A stretch of DNA of 64,000 bases from Ophelia neglecta (Eukaryota): assembly GCA_965285935.1 (NCBI GenBank), contig OZ260662.1:121272001-121336000 (forward strand). The letters run 5' to 3'. How positions within the stretch are numbered: position 1 is the stretch's first letter; the number at the start of each line of letters is the position of its first letter. A program made the position numbers and the translations under genes. A model generated the notes under the pieces. The model did not search any database, was not told where the DNA came from, and was given only the letters and a program-made list of their open reading frames with translations. Of the stretch, positions 1 to 14,961 are shown piece by piece.

Positions 1-408
1 CCACTGTACATTGATCTTTACATGCCAAAAAACATTGATAAATTCAATTATTGGGTGTGTATATGGTTTGTAAATAACCTGCCAACAGGTAACTATATGA
101 TTATGTTCAAGCCAGGTGAAGACACGCTTCTGACCACTGCTGCATTATACCATTTTGAGAGGGCAAAAGGTGAGAGGGTCATCATTAAAAAGTGGGGGGC
201 CAAAACATATGTAGCCTCCCCCCCCCCCCCCCGCTTCCTACGCCACTGTAGTGTGAGAAATGCCGTTTCTGTTATGAGCCTGCTGCTGTCGTGTTACGTA
301 TCCTGCTAGATAGATGTATTGAAGTTATTGGAATGCCTGTCATCCAATAGTTTTAACTTAAAACTCCGTCCTCTAAGAACGGGTATACAGCTCAGTTATG
401 TCTAATTA

Positions 409-2946
409 GGGAGCGTTCATTATTTATGGCCGGGAGGGGGGGGGGTGGTGAATTTGGGGGGAAGGTTTTTTCAACCCATTTCCATGGGGGGGACACTTTT
501 TTTTTTAACCTATTCACAGGGGGGGACACTTCTTTTTTAACCTATTCACAGGGTGCGCAATTTTTTTTAACCCTTTTTACAGGTGAAGCATTTTATCACG
601 TATTTCTTATTGACACTTTTGTGTAGCTATTTTATAGAAATATATATTGTACAAAAGTGTGTAGTGAAACTGCTAATGCAAATGCTAATACTTAGACAAA
701 TTCTAGAATTTATACAGTACTGACACATGAATAGCAGGTAGATACAACTCTTTGGCATGAAATGATACATCAAACTCATGACTCCGAATTCTGAACAAGT
801 CATAAGGCAGAGAATGATTTATTTCGTATTTATAAATGTGCACATTGTTTATAAGCCATGCAGTCCTGTTTAGTCCAGACATGGAGTATTCGTATTCAGT
901 ATTCGTATTCAAATGTATTCGAATACACAAATGCTGTATTCTTATTCGTATTCGAATACATTCGGAAAAAAACCAATATAAATTCGTATTCGAATACATT
1001 TCAAAATTAATGTATTCATATTCCTAAATACATTTGGTATTACAATGATAAATATTTATATATAACTTTCCCCTTAAAACCCTTTTCAAGAAAAAGTTAA
1101 TTTATTGAATTTACTGATCTTAAAATTTCCACATCTTACTTAAGTTCCATGCTAGCTGGAACCTAAAACAGATAGTTGAGACTGCTTGTTAGTTTGGTCG
1201 TTTTGAAAGTCCCATTGATCAGTGTGATGTTTGGATTGAGGTGAGACAATGACTGATATTTTCTGACAATATGATATGTAGCAGACTAATCAAATGATCA
1301 GGTGAGACAATGGTTGATAGTATGAAATTAAATAGAATCATTTGTCTTAAGTCTAGGAATAAGGGAAGGAGAGTGTTGAAAGACAGATGCCTTGTACCCT
1401 GGTCGCATTGACAAGATCAGTTATAAGCTTTACCAAGTGCTTCTGTCTCCTTGGTCACAGGTTCAATTTCAATTAATACTCCTGAAATTGGTGCAAAGTG
1501 GAGACCAGTGAATTGGACTTGAATGTTGATTTTCACACATATATATGGCACTTTTGTACATCCTTAATACTGGTAGAGGTGTGGTAATTGGCTAAATTTG
1601 ATGAGTGACCATGTTCTTGAAGGTGTATTTAGGGCTGAGCCATCTCATCATAATCAGTGTTCAACCCCCAAGACAAACAGTACACATTAGCTGAATTTTT
1701 AGTCCTCAGGTGAAACCATGGCAGTATCTGTTGTGGCTAGCCACTTAAACATCCAGACAATACAACAGGAAGGTACAAGGCACATACAATATTTTCTGCC
1801 ACTAAAGGTGCAGATTGTCAGACAAAAACTTTGTCTGACAATCTCATGTTTCTAAAAAGTAATACTAAATTTGTAAAATACATGTCATTGACAAATGCAC
1901 TAAATACATGGGACAGTATATGTAGAAAGGCCAATAATATTTTATTAGTGTGTATTTTTCTCTTAGTACATAGCATAGTATCCGTACCAGTGTAATTTGT
2001 TAAGGCATTTAATACAGTTTTTGTTATACCTCCTATATCAGGTAGTGTAATCAATAATATATAATTTAATTAATATTAAATTGCTATATACTCTAATTAA
2101 TATATAATCCATTTATTGGCATACAAAACCCTAAATATTCATGAATGTATTCATGAATACTTTTGAAAGTATTCGTACTCGAATACATTTGAAAACTGCT
2201 GTATTCGTATTCATGAGATTATTCAGTATTCGATTCGTATTCGAATACTTTCCAAATGTATTCGCCCCATGTCTGGTTTAATCCATTATTATCATACAAT
2301 ACTTATCAAAACAATGAGATAATAACAGATTTAGGACTTGTAGAAACGTACAATATGACAAGATTTTCGCAGTGACACAGGACTAGCCAGGGTCTACACT
2401 AACTTTTCTCAGCACTTGCCCTGAGGGCAAGTAGCACCAGGAAACTACTTGCCCGCACCATAGGCTTACTGTCCCAAAATATTTGTACATATAAAATATA
2501 CAAGATATCCAACAATCAGCTATTGGGGGAATTTTAGCAGGTTGATAACATGTTCGACCGAAGCTCAGGTCGAACCATCAGGAAAAGAACTTTTAGTGAC
2601 TATTATATGTATTAATATTGTAATATTCCGACAAACCCAGTGGTGAAAATTGTATAGATCATAGATGTTGTTATTATCTAGCTGCAAATGTGTTCAAATG
2701 TATAGAATAAAAATGAATAATGTCATAAGCCTGATATCTGCCGCCTGTCTTTGATGGGGGGGGGGGGGGGCAGTTATTTTTCCACCTATTTCCAGGGGGG
2801 GGGGCAATTCTTTTCCGCCTATTTCTGAGGGGGGGGGGGGCAATTTTTTTCCCACCTATTTCCAGGGGGGGGCAATTTTTTTTGACGTACTCTTTTCAAG
2901 AATTTACCACCCCCCCCCCCCCCGGCCATAAATAATGAACGCTCCC
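409..2946. mobile_element. Non-autonomous PIF/Harbinger-like DNA transposon
   Basis: TIRs GGGAGCGTTCATTATTTATGGCCGGG...GTGGT(G/A)AATT at 409 and reverse complement ending 2946. 3-bp TSD TTA (406-408, 2947-2949). An empty paralogous site is present at ~10790-10815. Confidence 0.8.
876..2275. mobile_element. Non-autonomous hAT-like element nested in the Harbinger-like element
   Basis: TIR CAGACATGG / CCATGTCTG. 8-bp TSD GTTTAGTC (868-875) vs GTTTAATC (2276-2283). Subterminal GTATTCG/CGAATAC repeats at both ends. Confidence 0.75.
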
Positions 2947-2949
2947 TTA

Positions 2950-4661
2950 CTCGCATCCCTCACCAAGTGAAGAAACCTCCCAAAAGTCTAAAAGCCAATA
3001 TTCCCTAACCCCGGGTTGGTAACTCGGTGGGTCTAAATCTGCCCATCCCTAAAGCCAGTTTAGCAGCTCAAGTATGCGTAAATCATCAACGGCGTTAGGC
3101 TTTGTACAGTATTACTTCCCCGGAACCACGGATACGCCGCTCAGAGATGTATACATCTTCTCATCCCTTACCACATGTAGGTTCAGTAATGTTTTCACTA
3201 ATGACTCCAATATCTAACCACTGGTAAACACCTCAGCTATGCATACCTTGCCACCCCTAAACTCGGGTAGGCATCTCAGCTAGCTCTCCATATGTCTATC
3301 TCTAACCTTAGGTAGGCACCTCAGCTATGCCTTAATATCTCCATCACTTACTAGGGTAAGGCATTTCACTTACGCCTCAATGGCTCTCATATGTAACCAC
3401 GGGTAACCACCTCAGCTATATCCAAAGCTATATCCACCCCTAAACTCCGGAAGGCATCTCAGCTAGGTCAGTGAGTCAATCTCTAACCTTTCATATTGAT
3501 ATATACAAGTGTGATATTTCACAGCCACGTTTTTGGCTTTGCATTTCCCATAGCAATAAAATAACAGTAAAAGGTAAACAATATATGCCTACTGAACAAA
3601 CATCGTGTGGTACTCCTGTAATAGTTCACTAGCATTCTACTGTCCAGAATATAGCGTATTGTATATTTTGTGAAACTGTAATCCAAGTAGAGTGTGCAGC
3701 TGCTGCCGGTATTGATACATTTATTATCTCTCTAATTCATCAATGATAATATTCTATCATGACTATTTCTCGGTTTACAGTACTTGACAGAGAAATGTGA
3801 TGTCTGGTGACTACAACTGAAATAACTTTATGTACACTTTATATGTGTAAAATGTGTCTTTTATCAAAACATGGATACTAGTTGACACGGGTGGCCTGCT
3901 CAGAAGTCAACAGTACTGGAAGGTTATATATTAAAAACACTGAGAGGAGATTCAGGGGACTTTGAATAAAAGCATGTCATACAAATCATTGTATTATTGT
4001 ATTATTGTTTAATCATTACAATAGCATACAAAAGAAATGTTTAAGCAAAATAAATATATATATATTTTTTTTTTCATACACATGCATCTGTACGAAGTAT
4101 GACACTGGATGGATAACTATCATCAACCTGCCTGACTCTGGCCTTCTTTAGCTGAGTGCCAGTGTAATAAATATGGGATAGTAGTATTAGCTGCTAACAG
4201 ATGGCACCATGCTACGGCGTCATTTCTTAAACCACTCTTCAACCTCAGCCTAGGGGCTGGGAATACTGTCAACAAAGCAGCGGTTGTACACCTGTTTGCT
4301 GAATGTCAAACCGGACTAAGGCACATTAAATGCGGTGAGAGCTGGGTTCTAGTATACTTGAAACACCCATGTATCATCCATTAAATATGCCTCACGCCTG
4401 TACAGGTTTGTACGTTTTCATTAATGAATGTCACATGTTTATCTGGCAATTACAGACGAAGCTCAACCCTACATGTTTAACGGTCTGTTATCAGGAAACA
4501 GTACGCATGTAGTGTTATCTAAACAGGGCCTATAAGGGGCGGAGTTATGGTTCGATTAATGACTCCACTTTCCCTTGAAGGATATAGGATGATTGTTTTC
4601 AGCCTGAGGGAAATGTATTGGGAGAAAAATGGTCCAGAGTCCGTTTGTTCCTGTTAATCCG
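2950..4661 (+). repeat. Local duplication, copy A (paralog at 10809-12533)
   Basis: Near-collinear, high-identity match to 10809-12533 read directly. It also continues 345-405 across the Harbinger insertion. Confidence 0.85.
3180..3490. repeat. Degenerate ~44-47 bp minisatellite (core GGTAGGCACCTCAGCTA); also at 11040-11335 and 12610-12795
   Basis: About 6 units with conserved core GGTA(A/G)(A/G/C)CA(C/T)CTCAGCTA preceded by CT(C)TAACC-like motifs. Confidence 0.7.
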
Positions 4662-7600
4662 ACCCTGAACTGCTAGGTCAACTAGGCGATAATACAGTCG
4701 GTGATATGGCTTGCCCTAGTTGAGTCTGTTTACATCTCAGGTCAATGACACACCTGTCAAGCGTTTCAACGTGAACAGATTATATGAAATATCTGCAGAC
4801 TTCCTAGGCCAACCACACGAGCTATGCTTTGAGCCGATTCTATGCTTCCTGTGCTGTGGACAACCCAATGACAATACATTGAGTAAATAAAACAAACCTC
4901 CCACGTGCCGATGAGGATAACAAATATGATATTATAGCTTATCTGGTGATAGTGAATAACAATCTACCTCACCAGACGCGAACACCCATGAATTAGCTTT
5001 CCTCCTGTGAATCAATACGAGTTTTCATTTCTCACACCGATACAGTCCTATCCAGGATAGCTCGTCAGTTTGTATACATCTGAGGTCAAGGACACGGCTG
5101 TCAGACAGTGGTGATAATGTACGCTTATACCTGGGCAGGATTGTTGCGTAGATTTTCAAATCAATACAGACTTTTAGTCAATAAAATAAAAACCCCAGCC
5201 TTCGTCGCCGCCCTCTATTAGGCCCGAGCATCTGCCACACAACGTCCTAATTAGCCTAATGTACAGGATTTCCCCTGTAGATTGGTTTCAGCCGAATATG
5301 GCTCCGAGGGGAAGGGTGATTTAGTTATAATATATATTGTCCAGAGAGGAGCAGGAGTGTCCAGGGGAGGTTTTATACATACTGATGGATTGGGAGGTGT
5401 TCCGGGAGGCGATGGCCAAAATATCATTGTAAACATGTGTGCGTAACGGGTAGGGTTAAAGGGGGGGGGGGGATTGGCCGGCGATTATTTCCATGACGGT
5501 CCCATAAAAAAAATAAAACAATCCCCATACCTAGTATAGCTTTGTCTAGACAAACATTCAATAAACATACGACACATAGACTGGGACTTTAAATATCACT
5601 TGCCAGAAAATTACATATTGCCCTCGACTCAAAGACTTTTGAATATACTTAAATGTAGGTTTTGACATGTTTTTATATAATCCAAATGCATACTAATATT
5701 GGTTGTTCTTTTTGAAGGTGACGTGGGGTGATCATTATTCACCTAAATAACAGATATACCTCTCCTTCATTGTACTGACACCTTGTATTGTGTACTTTAA
5801 AGAATACATAGGTTCATAACGCGGAGTTTACTACCAGGTGACATCTATCTATTTAATACTATTGAAGTCATGGTATAAATTTAAACATATAAATGGTTCA
5901 AGAATGATCCACATCGTGTGTAGGGTAAAGGTATCATCCTGACGTGAAATCACCTCTCCTCTTATACTGGTATAATCACTTTGACTTTTACCAGCTAAGC
6001 AATAGAAATAGATATATAAAATATGTCTAATAACTTATATTATAAATATGGCCGAATAACTAATACTTTCTATATAAATGTAGACTAATACTAGCGGCCG
6101 CCATTTTGATAAGTGCGACTGCTCAATTCAATATCAATTCATTATAATGCAGTATTGTATCCCACATATGCCGATATCTGATAAGGACCCAGCTTCCCTT
6201 ACAGCCCTTGTCCCCACTCAGCCTGTCATGTTAGCAAGGTAGTTTAAAGCAAATGACAGCACCTATGGCATGTAATGAATTGTGTAGCTTCTCACCTCTA
6301 TATCCGCCACTCCTACACAAATGAATGAAGTTGTGACGTGATTAATCCAACATTGTTTCAAACAAATTTTCTTTCACTGTGTCATATGTCTAACTAAGAT
6401 ATCAACAAACTGTTCAATGCTCATGTTCATGTTATAAATTAAAAGAAATGATATATTTCCTAATCTCAGAGATGAGATGAATAATCCTGCAATATTTGGC
6501 GAAGCCATACTTGTAACTACTTGTTATAACATGTCCTACTATTCAAGATTGTATACACGACAAACCCTATCCACATTGGACTGCATAGTTACCTGCGCAG
6601 GTGATGAATACAGTGTGTGTACATCAGGTGTATCTTATACCCTCTTGACGCTTCATTCGACTAGTGATTGGATTGTGTAAACACTTATCTTCGGGACTTT
6701 ACACAGCTTGTCTGGCGTATTATCATTCCTGAAAAATGCATATCCCCGCTCTGCTATTTCCATCTACATAGCTTCAACGATATAACCTCCGTCCTTTCAT
6801 AAAACCATAAAACCACTGTGGTATAATGCACTCAACTGGTTTTCCCTAACGTCATCTCCCTTATTATGACTTCTCTGGTCATGTTGCTACCCCTGTTTCT
6901 CTCACCACATTATGTAACTCTTTACTGCCTATTAAACACAATATTATCTCCGCCATCTCCCTCCAGCCCTATTATTATATGTAAACAAATGTCAAATGAC
7001 GTCTTGCAATCGCCTTTATTATTATACACTGGCTATGATAACTTTAATAAATGTTAGCCAATTGTTTTTTAATTCGCTCCATTGCGACGAATCTCAAAGG
7101 AACTAGGATCTCACAGTGTCCAGATTGTATAATGTGATAGATTGTTTGAATATCTGAACCTGCTGACATCTTTTTTTCTGTAAAGCCAAAGCAATGCATA
7201 CCCTGTCGGACTAATTACATTATTTAGGTTTAGCGGTGCGTGAAAAATTAACCAGAACAACTTTACGACATAGTTGGGCGTGTTAGTTGGTCGCCTCAAG
7301 AGCAACAAGACTGTTTAATATCGACGTTAGATATGTGAGGGTTGAACAGATGAATCGTGGTTTTAGTATGTTTGTCTGCGTTGTTCTTGGACACAAATCA
7401 TATACCAAGCCTAAATATGACTCGTGTGGTGGTTTAGGACAAGGAAAGGTTTTTGTTGAAAGTTATATCAAATCGCCCATATAAAATCCGAACTGTAGTA
7501 TGTCCTGAATGTCGAAACTCCCATTACATGCAAATCCCTCTATGATAGCGAGTGTATATGCCATGAAAACATTAAGCCTTATATATGTGATCTGTAATTA

Positions 7601-10600
7601 AAGCAACACCACATGACTTCAGCCAAGCCACTTGGCAGCACACAAACATTTGTAGCAGTACTGCGAGGCCAAATTAATGTAAAAATTCCAACCATAACGG
7701 GAACACATCGACAAAATTAATGTCCTACAATTATCCCCAATACCTACGTTTCCCTTCCTTGACCCATTGCTCCCTTCCCCATTTATACGACTGGAATCAA
7801 AGTTAAATACGCAGTGATAAATGGTATCATGAATGCTTGAACACGACAATTCCGCGGGCCCTTGCTGGGCGGATGGAGATAAGGCCTGCCGCCAGGTTAG
7901 ATTGCGATTGAAACGATTAGGATAGAGGCATATGTCAATATTCAGGCGATGTCAAATTTTTATTACTAGGTGACTATTATTTACCCTCAAACGAAAATTT
8001 AAGTATTGGTTACCAGAGTGATTGACGATTGGGTTTGGATGGGGGATGTGTGTTTAGACAGAAATGGGTGCTTTAGGAGAGGTACGAGGAAATGGAATCA
8101 GGAAAATTGTTATTCATGATATGCATTAAGTCATTAGTAGATGTGTGCAATGTGCGTCCTGTTTTGAATTAATATGGGTTATGATTTGTGAATACATTTT
8201 TTTCCTCGTTTTGAGATATAAAGCCATGCACCATGTTAATACAGGAAATATGAATCCGCCCCACGTGGCCTTGCATTGTTTGCATAATGATAACATAAGC
8301 CGCGCTGTAGGATTCTATGTTTATCGCCTTGCTGAACTCAATGCATTGTAACTGAGCGATAATACAGTCATTCATACATCGGAGACATAGTTGTCAAAAT
8401 TTCCATCATAAACGGTTTAGTATCTACAGACCATTCTGGAAAACAAAAAGGGATATATGCGTTTTAAACTAACCGTGTGCTTTGTTTACGTGTATGTGTT
8501 AAGGTAAGGGCATTTGTACAATATACATTGATATTGAGATATTAAACAACACTTTTCTGGTGACTTTAATCATTAGGTAAGGTTAATCTACATGTCAAAC
8601 TCAGATGCTTCTGGCAAGGAGTTGATAATCTATATCAGTAATCGGTTATTCACAGCCCGTGTCCTGCTGGACTACCTTGCTTGTCAATCACATCAGTTAT
8701 CCTGGTACACTCCATTCACTACTGCCTGGCCTTATAACGCCGGCTTTATGCATACGCCTAATCATTTCATTCATTTAATCTCGTGTAGCAAACGGAACAT
8801 GGTGGGGTCGTAGCCTGAACAGGGGATTATTTGTGTCGCTATGTGCATTTGAGCTCCAAATGCAGTCTCCCTAACTCTTGGGTCCTTCTGTGTATACAAT
8901 TTAGGGAATTTGTTGACCATAACCTTAATTCAATTAAGTGTTTAGGAGGAATGGGCGACCGGTAACTGTTTCGCTCGCGGCTGCATTGGCATGATAGTTA
9001 TTCCCGCTTACTTTTTCTTCGGGGTTCCACCTTCAGGGGCTGCATCCGCTTCCAATTGGGACTGCGCTAGAATATATTTACTGGTGTGAGGGAGATATAC
9101 TCCGTTAATTGGGCAGATATGAAATGACTGTGGAACAACCCACTGTCCTGCATAAAGTACTTACTCCCATATTGATACATAAATCTTGAGGATTTATACA
9201 GCCATGTGAGCGATAATACAGTCATATAGTTAACAACGCTCACCCAATTGAGAGAGGGTTGAACTTTGCCACTTAGCAGACACTTAACAGTATAAGCTAG
9301 GCAGGATAGGCCTACTGAACAAACGTTGTGTGCTACTCCTGTAATAATTCACTGGCTTTGCACTGTCAAAACGATAGCAATATGGGCCATGTTTACTTTG
9401 TGATACTGTAATCCAGGTTGTGGTCAGGTGCGACAGGCAATGATAATCTAGTATCTACCAAAGTCATAACATGTTCACTGAACTCTTTTGTACAGCAACT
9501 CAAGTAGAGATGAATTTGTTTGCGCTAAGATTCCATCGTGACTATTTCCCTGTTTACAGTACTTGGCATAGACATTGTTATCTCACAGGTTTGTAACTGA
9601 GAGGTCAGCTGTCATCAACCTGCCTGAGTCTGGTCATGTTTAGCTGACTGTTAGTGTAATAAATACTGGATAATTATATTGGAAGGATTTGGCTGCCAAC
9701 AGGGGGCAGCATGCTACAACGGCGTTTCTCAAAACATTCTGTACTAATAAACTGCTGGTTAAGGTTAGGATAAACAAAGCAGGGTATCACAGAAGACAAT
9801 GTTAATAACAATAAATACGCCAGATACATGTTTCAATACTATGCAGACCAATTACCATAACTTTAATGTCCACTTCATTGTTCCATGGGCGGGTGTAAAC
9901 CTGTTATTATTATTATTATTCCTAAAACTTGTATAGCGCCCTAATCATAAAATGCCCTAAAGCGCTGAACAATCTTCAGTTACACATTAAAAAAAAAATA
10001 GAACCATGCAAGCTTTATGTCAAATCAATATTGCTCTTATACATGGCGCCTATACTAAAGTACTTCGCATATGGTGACAGCTAGGTCCCTTGTGTACCCG
10101 AGATACCCAAATCTTTCATCCATTCTATAGGCCTCATGCCTTAACATAGAGCTTGTTTTTTTGTTTTTATTGATAAATGCCATTGCAGGTTCATTTGATA
10201 ATAACAGACGAAGCTCAACATAAACGCCGTGTTGAACGGTGTGTTATCAGGGGACGAGCTATAATTCGCTGGATGACTCCACATTTACTTCGTTCAGGTT
10301 TGGGGACACTTCTTTGAAGAGAAATAGTCACTACCAAGGGATGACTCTAATCTAGTTAATTTAAACCGAGTCATCGTTGGTGATGGGACTGCTGAGTTAC
10401 ATTTACTTGCATTTATTGCCGCCTGACGGCTCTACTCGTGCAGGAGCAGGGGATTTCATTTCGTTACCTTTGTACATTAGGTAATAAATGCCGGAAAAAA
10501 GGCCTTAAAGATAGCATGGTATACCCGTTCGATTAAGACTAGAGAATACAAGTGCAAGTCCTTCCTTCAAAAGTGAAATGTTCTATTCATTGTTAATGCA

Positions 10601-10808
10601 AATACACATAAAAAGATAAGGCAACCAGGACGGGTATGAAAGGGAAAATGTAATCCAAAACGGGGCTGTGGGAAAATATTGCAACAGAGCGTGTAAGGAC
10701 TATAGTATATCTGCCACATGAGTATTGAACTTTGATATTTGATTGCAACTATGCAACTAAAAACTCCGTCCCCAAAGAACGAGTATACAGCTCAGTTATG
10801 TCTAAATA

Positions 10809-12533
10809 CTCGCACCCCTCGCCAAGAGAAGAGACCTGCGAAAAGTCTAAAAGCCAATTTCCCCTAACCCCGGGTTGGTACCTCGATGCGTCTAAATCTG
10901 CCCATCCCTAAAGCCAGTTAAGCAGCTCAAGTATGCGTAAATCATCAACGGCGTTCGGCTTTGTACGGTATTAGTTCCCCGGGACCACGGGTACGCCGCT
11001 CAGAGACGTATAAAACTTCTCATCCCTAACCACGTGTAGGTTTAGTAATGTCTTCACTAATGACTCAAATATCTAACCACTGGTAAACACCTCAGCTATG
11101 CATCCCTTGCCACCCCTAAACTCAGCTAGGATTCCATATGTCTATCTCTAACCCCAGGTAGGCACCTCAGCTATGCCTTAATATCTCCATCACTTACCAG
11201 GGTAAGGCATTTCACTTACGCCTGAATGGCTCTAATATGTAACCACGGGTAATCACCTCAGCTATATCTATATCTTTCTACCGCTAAACTCCGGTAGGCA
11301 TCTCAGTTGGGTCTCAGTAAGTCAATCTCTAACCTTTCATATTGATATATACAAGTGTGAGATTTCACAGCCACGGTAGAATACATGAAATTATTTTACA
11401 AATTTAATTTTCAGGGCTTTGCATTTCCCATAGCAATAAACTAACAGTAAAAGATAAACAAGATATTCCTACTGAACAAACATCGTGTGCTACTCCTGTA
11501 ATAGTTCACTAGCATTCAACTGTCCAGAAAATAGCGTATTGTTTATTTTGTGAAACTGTAATCCATGTAGAGTGTGCAGCTGCTGCCGGTATTGATACAT
11601 TTATTATCTCTCTAATTCATCAATTATAATATTCTATCATGACTATTTCTCGGTTTACAGTACTTGACATGTGAAATGTGATGTCTGGTGACTTTATATA
11701 CACTTTATGTGTAAAATGTGTCTTTTATCAACACATGGATACTAGTTGACACGGGTGGCCTGCTCAGAAGTCAACAGTACTGCAAGGTTATATATTAAAA
11801 ACACTAAGAGGAGATTGAGGTGACTTTGAATAGAAGCATGAAGAACAAATCATTGTATTATTGTTTAATCGTAACAATAGCATACACAAGAAATGTTTAA
11901 GCAAAATAAATATATACTTTTTTGCATATACATGCATCTGTACGAAGTATGACACTGGATGGATAACTTTCATCAACATGCCTGACTCTGGCCTTATTTA
12001 GTTGAGTGCCAGTGTAATAAATATGGGATAGTTGTATTAGCTGCTAACAGATGGCAGCATGCTACGGCGTCATTTCCTAAACCACTCTTCAACCTCAGCC
12101 TAGGGGATGGGAATACTGTCAACAAAGCAGCGGTTGTACACCTGTTTGCTGAATGTCAAACCGGACTTAGATACACCGAGTCTATACTAAGGCACATTAA
12201 ATGCGGTGAGAGCTGGGTCTGTAGTGTACCTGAAACACCCATGTATCACCCATTCAATAGGCCCCATGCTTTTCCGGATTATTATTTTTTCATTGATGAA
12301 TTTCACATGTTTATCTGGCAATTACAAACAAAGCTCAACCCTACATGTTTAACGGTCTGTTATCAGGGAACAGTACGCATGTAGTGTTATCTAAACAGGG
12401 CCTATAAGGGGCGGAGTTATTGTTCGATTAAGGGCTCCACTTTCCCTTGAAGGATATAGGATGGTTGTTTACATCCTGAGGGAAATGTATTGGGAGAAAA
12501 ATGGTCCAGAGTCCGTTTGTTCCTGTTAATCCG
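10809..12533 (+). repeat. Local duplication, copy B of 2950-4661
   Basis: Direct sequence match, same orientation. Confidence 0.85.
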
Positions 12534-14289
12534 GCTTTGTACAGTATTACTGCCCCGGGACCACGGGTACGCCGCTCAGAGACGCATAAATCTTCTCATC
12601 CCTAACCACGTGTAGGTTTAGTAATGTCTTCACTAATGACTCAAATATCTAACCACTGTTAAACACCTCAGCTAGGATTCCATATGTCTATCTCTAACCC
12701 CAGGTAGGCACCTCAGCTATGCCTAAATATTTCCATCACTTACCAGGGTAAGGCATTTCAGTTACGCCTGAATGGCTCTAATATGTAACCACGGGTCCCT
12801 TCACTGCTTGACAACAAGGCCAATGTACCAGGGCATGTTTACTACAATTGTGCTTGGCAAGGAGCAAGGTTGAACTGGATTATAATTTGATAAACACTAC
12901 TAACATAATGTAGAACTCGATACAAATCATTTAAATGCATGACCATTAGGAGGTGTTTGTGAAGACTGAAAATCTAGCTCAATGGTTACAGCAGAATGTT
13001 TGAAGGTAGGACCTGTATTCACCATCATCTATTCACGTCGTTATATAAGTTGGCATATAAAGATAATTGTTTCGTTGTCTAATGACCGCTAGGTAGCGGC
13101 AGCGACAGGTCTGTTACCACACAGAGAAGACTAAAGAAGCATTTCCCGAGAATTCTATAGCAACTGAAGGAAGCTCTCGGCCCCAACTGCCGCGGCGTAA
13201 AATGAAAACCTTCATCGATGTCTAAGTGCAGAGTCTAACAACAATGAACGGAATCAAGCACAAATACTAAACCTTCGTTGATAGATAATATATACTTAGC
13301 ATAAATTACCCAAAAATACTGAAAGGGTATTTAACGCCAATCCACCTCCTCCCTCTTACCTAGCGGCTCATAATTCACCCTCTAAGGTGCATTTCTGACA
13401 GGTTTTCACTTGAAACAGTGGCGGATGAGACAGCAGCCGTAGGACTATAAGAAGCACCTTAATAAATTCGCTAGAATGACAATAAGCTTTCATTTGAGTG
13501 TGCGTGTTGGTGGGAGGGGGTGACAAGGGGAAGATTTGGCTATATTTGAAGAAACAACTATGGTTTCGCAACTAAAAACTCTGTAATTTTCTTACCTCAA
13601 ATCTTATATTTTATATACAGGCCATCGTCTGTGAAAACATATACCACTTCTGTACTAAAACAATAAATTGAGGGGGGGGGGGGGGGTCGGAATATAAGAA
13701 TCCAAATCATCGGATCTCAGAAACGTTTTAACACCATCCACATATAAGCCCCCGTATCCAACCCCCGCCATCCCCCCCCCCCCTCCCAAATCCTTACTCT
13801 CCCTCATATTTTCACACCCATCGCTCGCGAAATAAAGACAGATTCACACACAAATAAACATACCTTCAATGCTTAATAACCTGCCAATTTCTTAGGATCT
13901 ATGTAGAGGAGCCAGCTCCTCCCCGTAGACATAATAGCGGGTTTGGGCCCCAATCCATGCTGGTATACGCTTTCCATATGACGATGATTATATGATAATG
14001 GTATATGATGATTAACAAAAATGACTTTAATCATACCTGAGCTTCTAGTCTCAATCGTCAATGGTAAATGGTAAAAAGTATGTCTGGGCACACACCTCAG
14101 CTTTGTATTTCTAGACATGGCTGGATAGGGTTTGGTTTAATAAAGGGCGTCCTGTGATTTGGGCGGTAGGGGGGGGGGGGGGGACAACCAGCATTACGTT
14201 TACACCGAGTCAGTGAGTCTCGTCTGTTGAAACAAATGGAGGATGAGCAACGTTTGCTTGCCAGTCTGTCATCTAAGGAAAAATATACC

Positions 14290-14961
14290 AATAACTTGAT
14301 TTTGCAGGGCGTTACGCTATATCAGTGGCCCGACATAAATTATTAGTAGCCCGCCATGGTCATAGCGCCCGAGGCGTAGCCGAGGGTGCTATGACTATGA
14401 AGGGCTGCTAATATTTTATGGAGGGACACTGAAGTAGCGTAACGCCCGTCAAAATCATGTTATTACTATTATTATCACTTTCTTAAATGACGTCCGGTGT
14501 CTACGTGAAAGAAATATAGCCCCCGCTTTGTGTATCCTATCGAGTAGTATGTGTATTCTATAGCAGTGAACGGCACCAGAAGACTGCTAGGTAATACTAC
14601 TAATGCTTGAGATATGTATATGCCGACTTTTGTCCTGCTACGCAATATTTATACAATTTTCTCGAAAAACAATATGATCAAAATAAACATTTTATACACA
14701 TTTGTAGTCAAATCTTGTAATTTAGCTATTTCCTGGAAATATATGTTAATTTATGCATTTAAAGGTTAATCATTATAATCGTACCACCCGGCTTAACGTC
14801 ACTAATGAACATGTATATAACACTACCAGTCCGCTAATCATTAGCTGACTGCTTCTCATTAGCGGACTGGCTCTGACGTCACCAGTCAACGGTTACGCTG
14901 TTTTACCGCCCATGTAAAATAGATCTATCCTACAGGTAATGCCCTCGTTAGTGATAATAAC
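14290..14961. mobile_element. Crypton-like non-autonomous element (palindromic)
   Basis: ~175-bp imperfect palindrome (14290-~14465) centred on CCCGAGGCGTAGCCGAGGG. Second inverted pair TTATTATCACT (~14470) / AGTGATAATAA (14950-14960). 6-bp terminal direct repeat AATAAC (14290-14295, 14956-14961). Family assignment is inferred from the structure. Confidence 0.55.

Noticed and set aside
3180-3490. Conserved core with variable spacers resembling a CRISPR array
   Set aside because: The cores are degenerate, the 'spacers' resemble each other, there are no cas genes and the context is eukaryotic. It is a decayed minisatellite.
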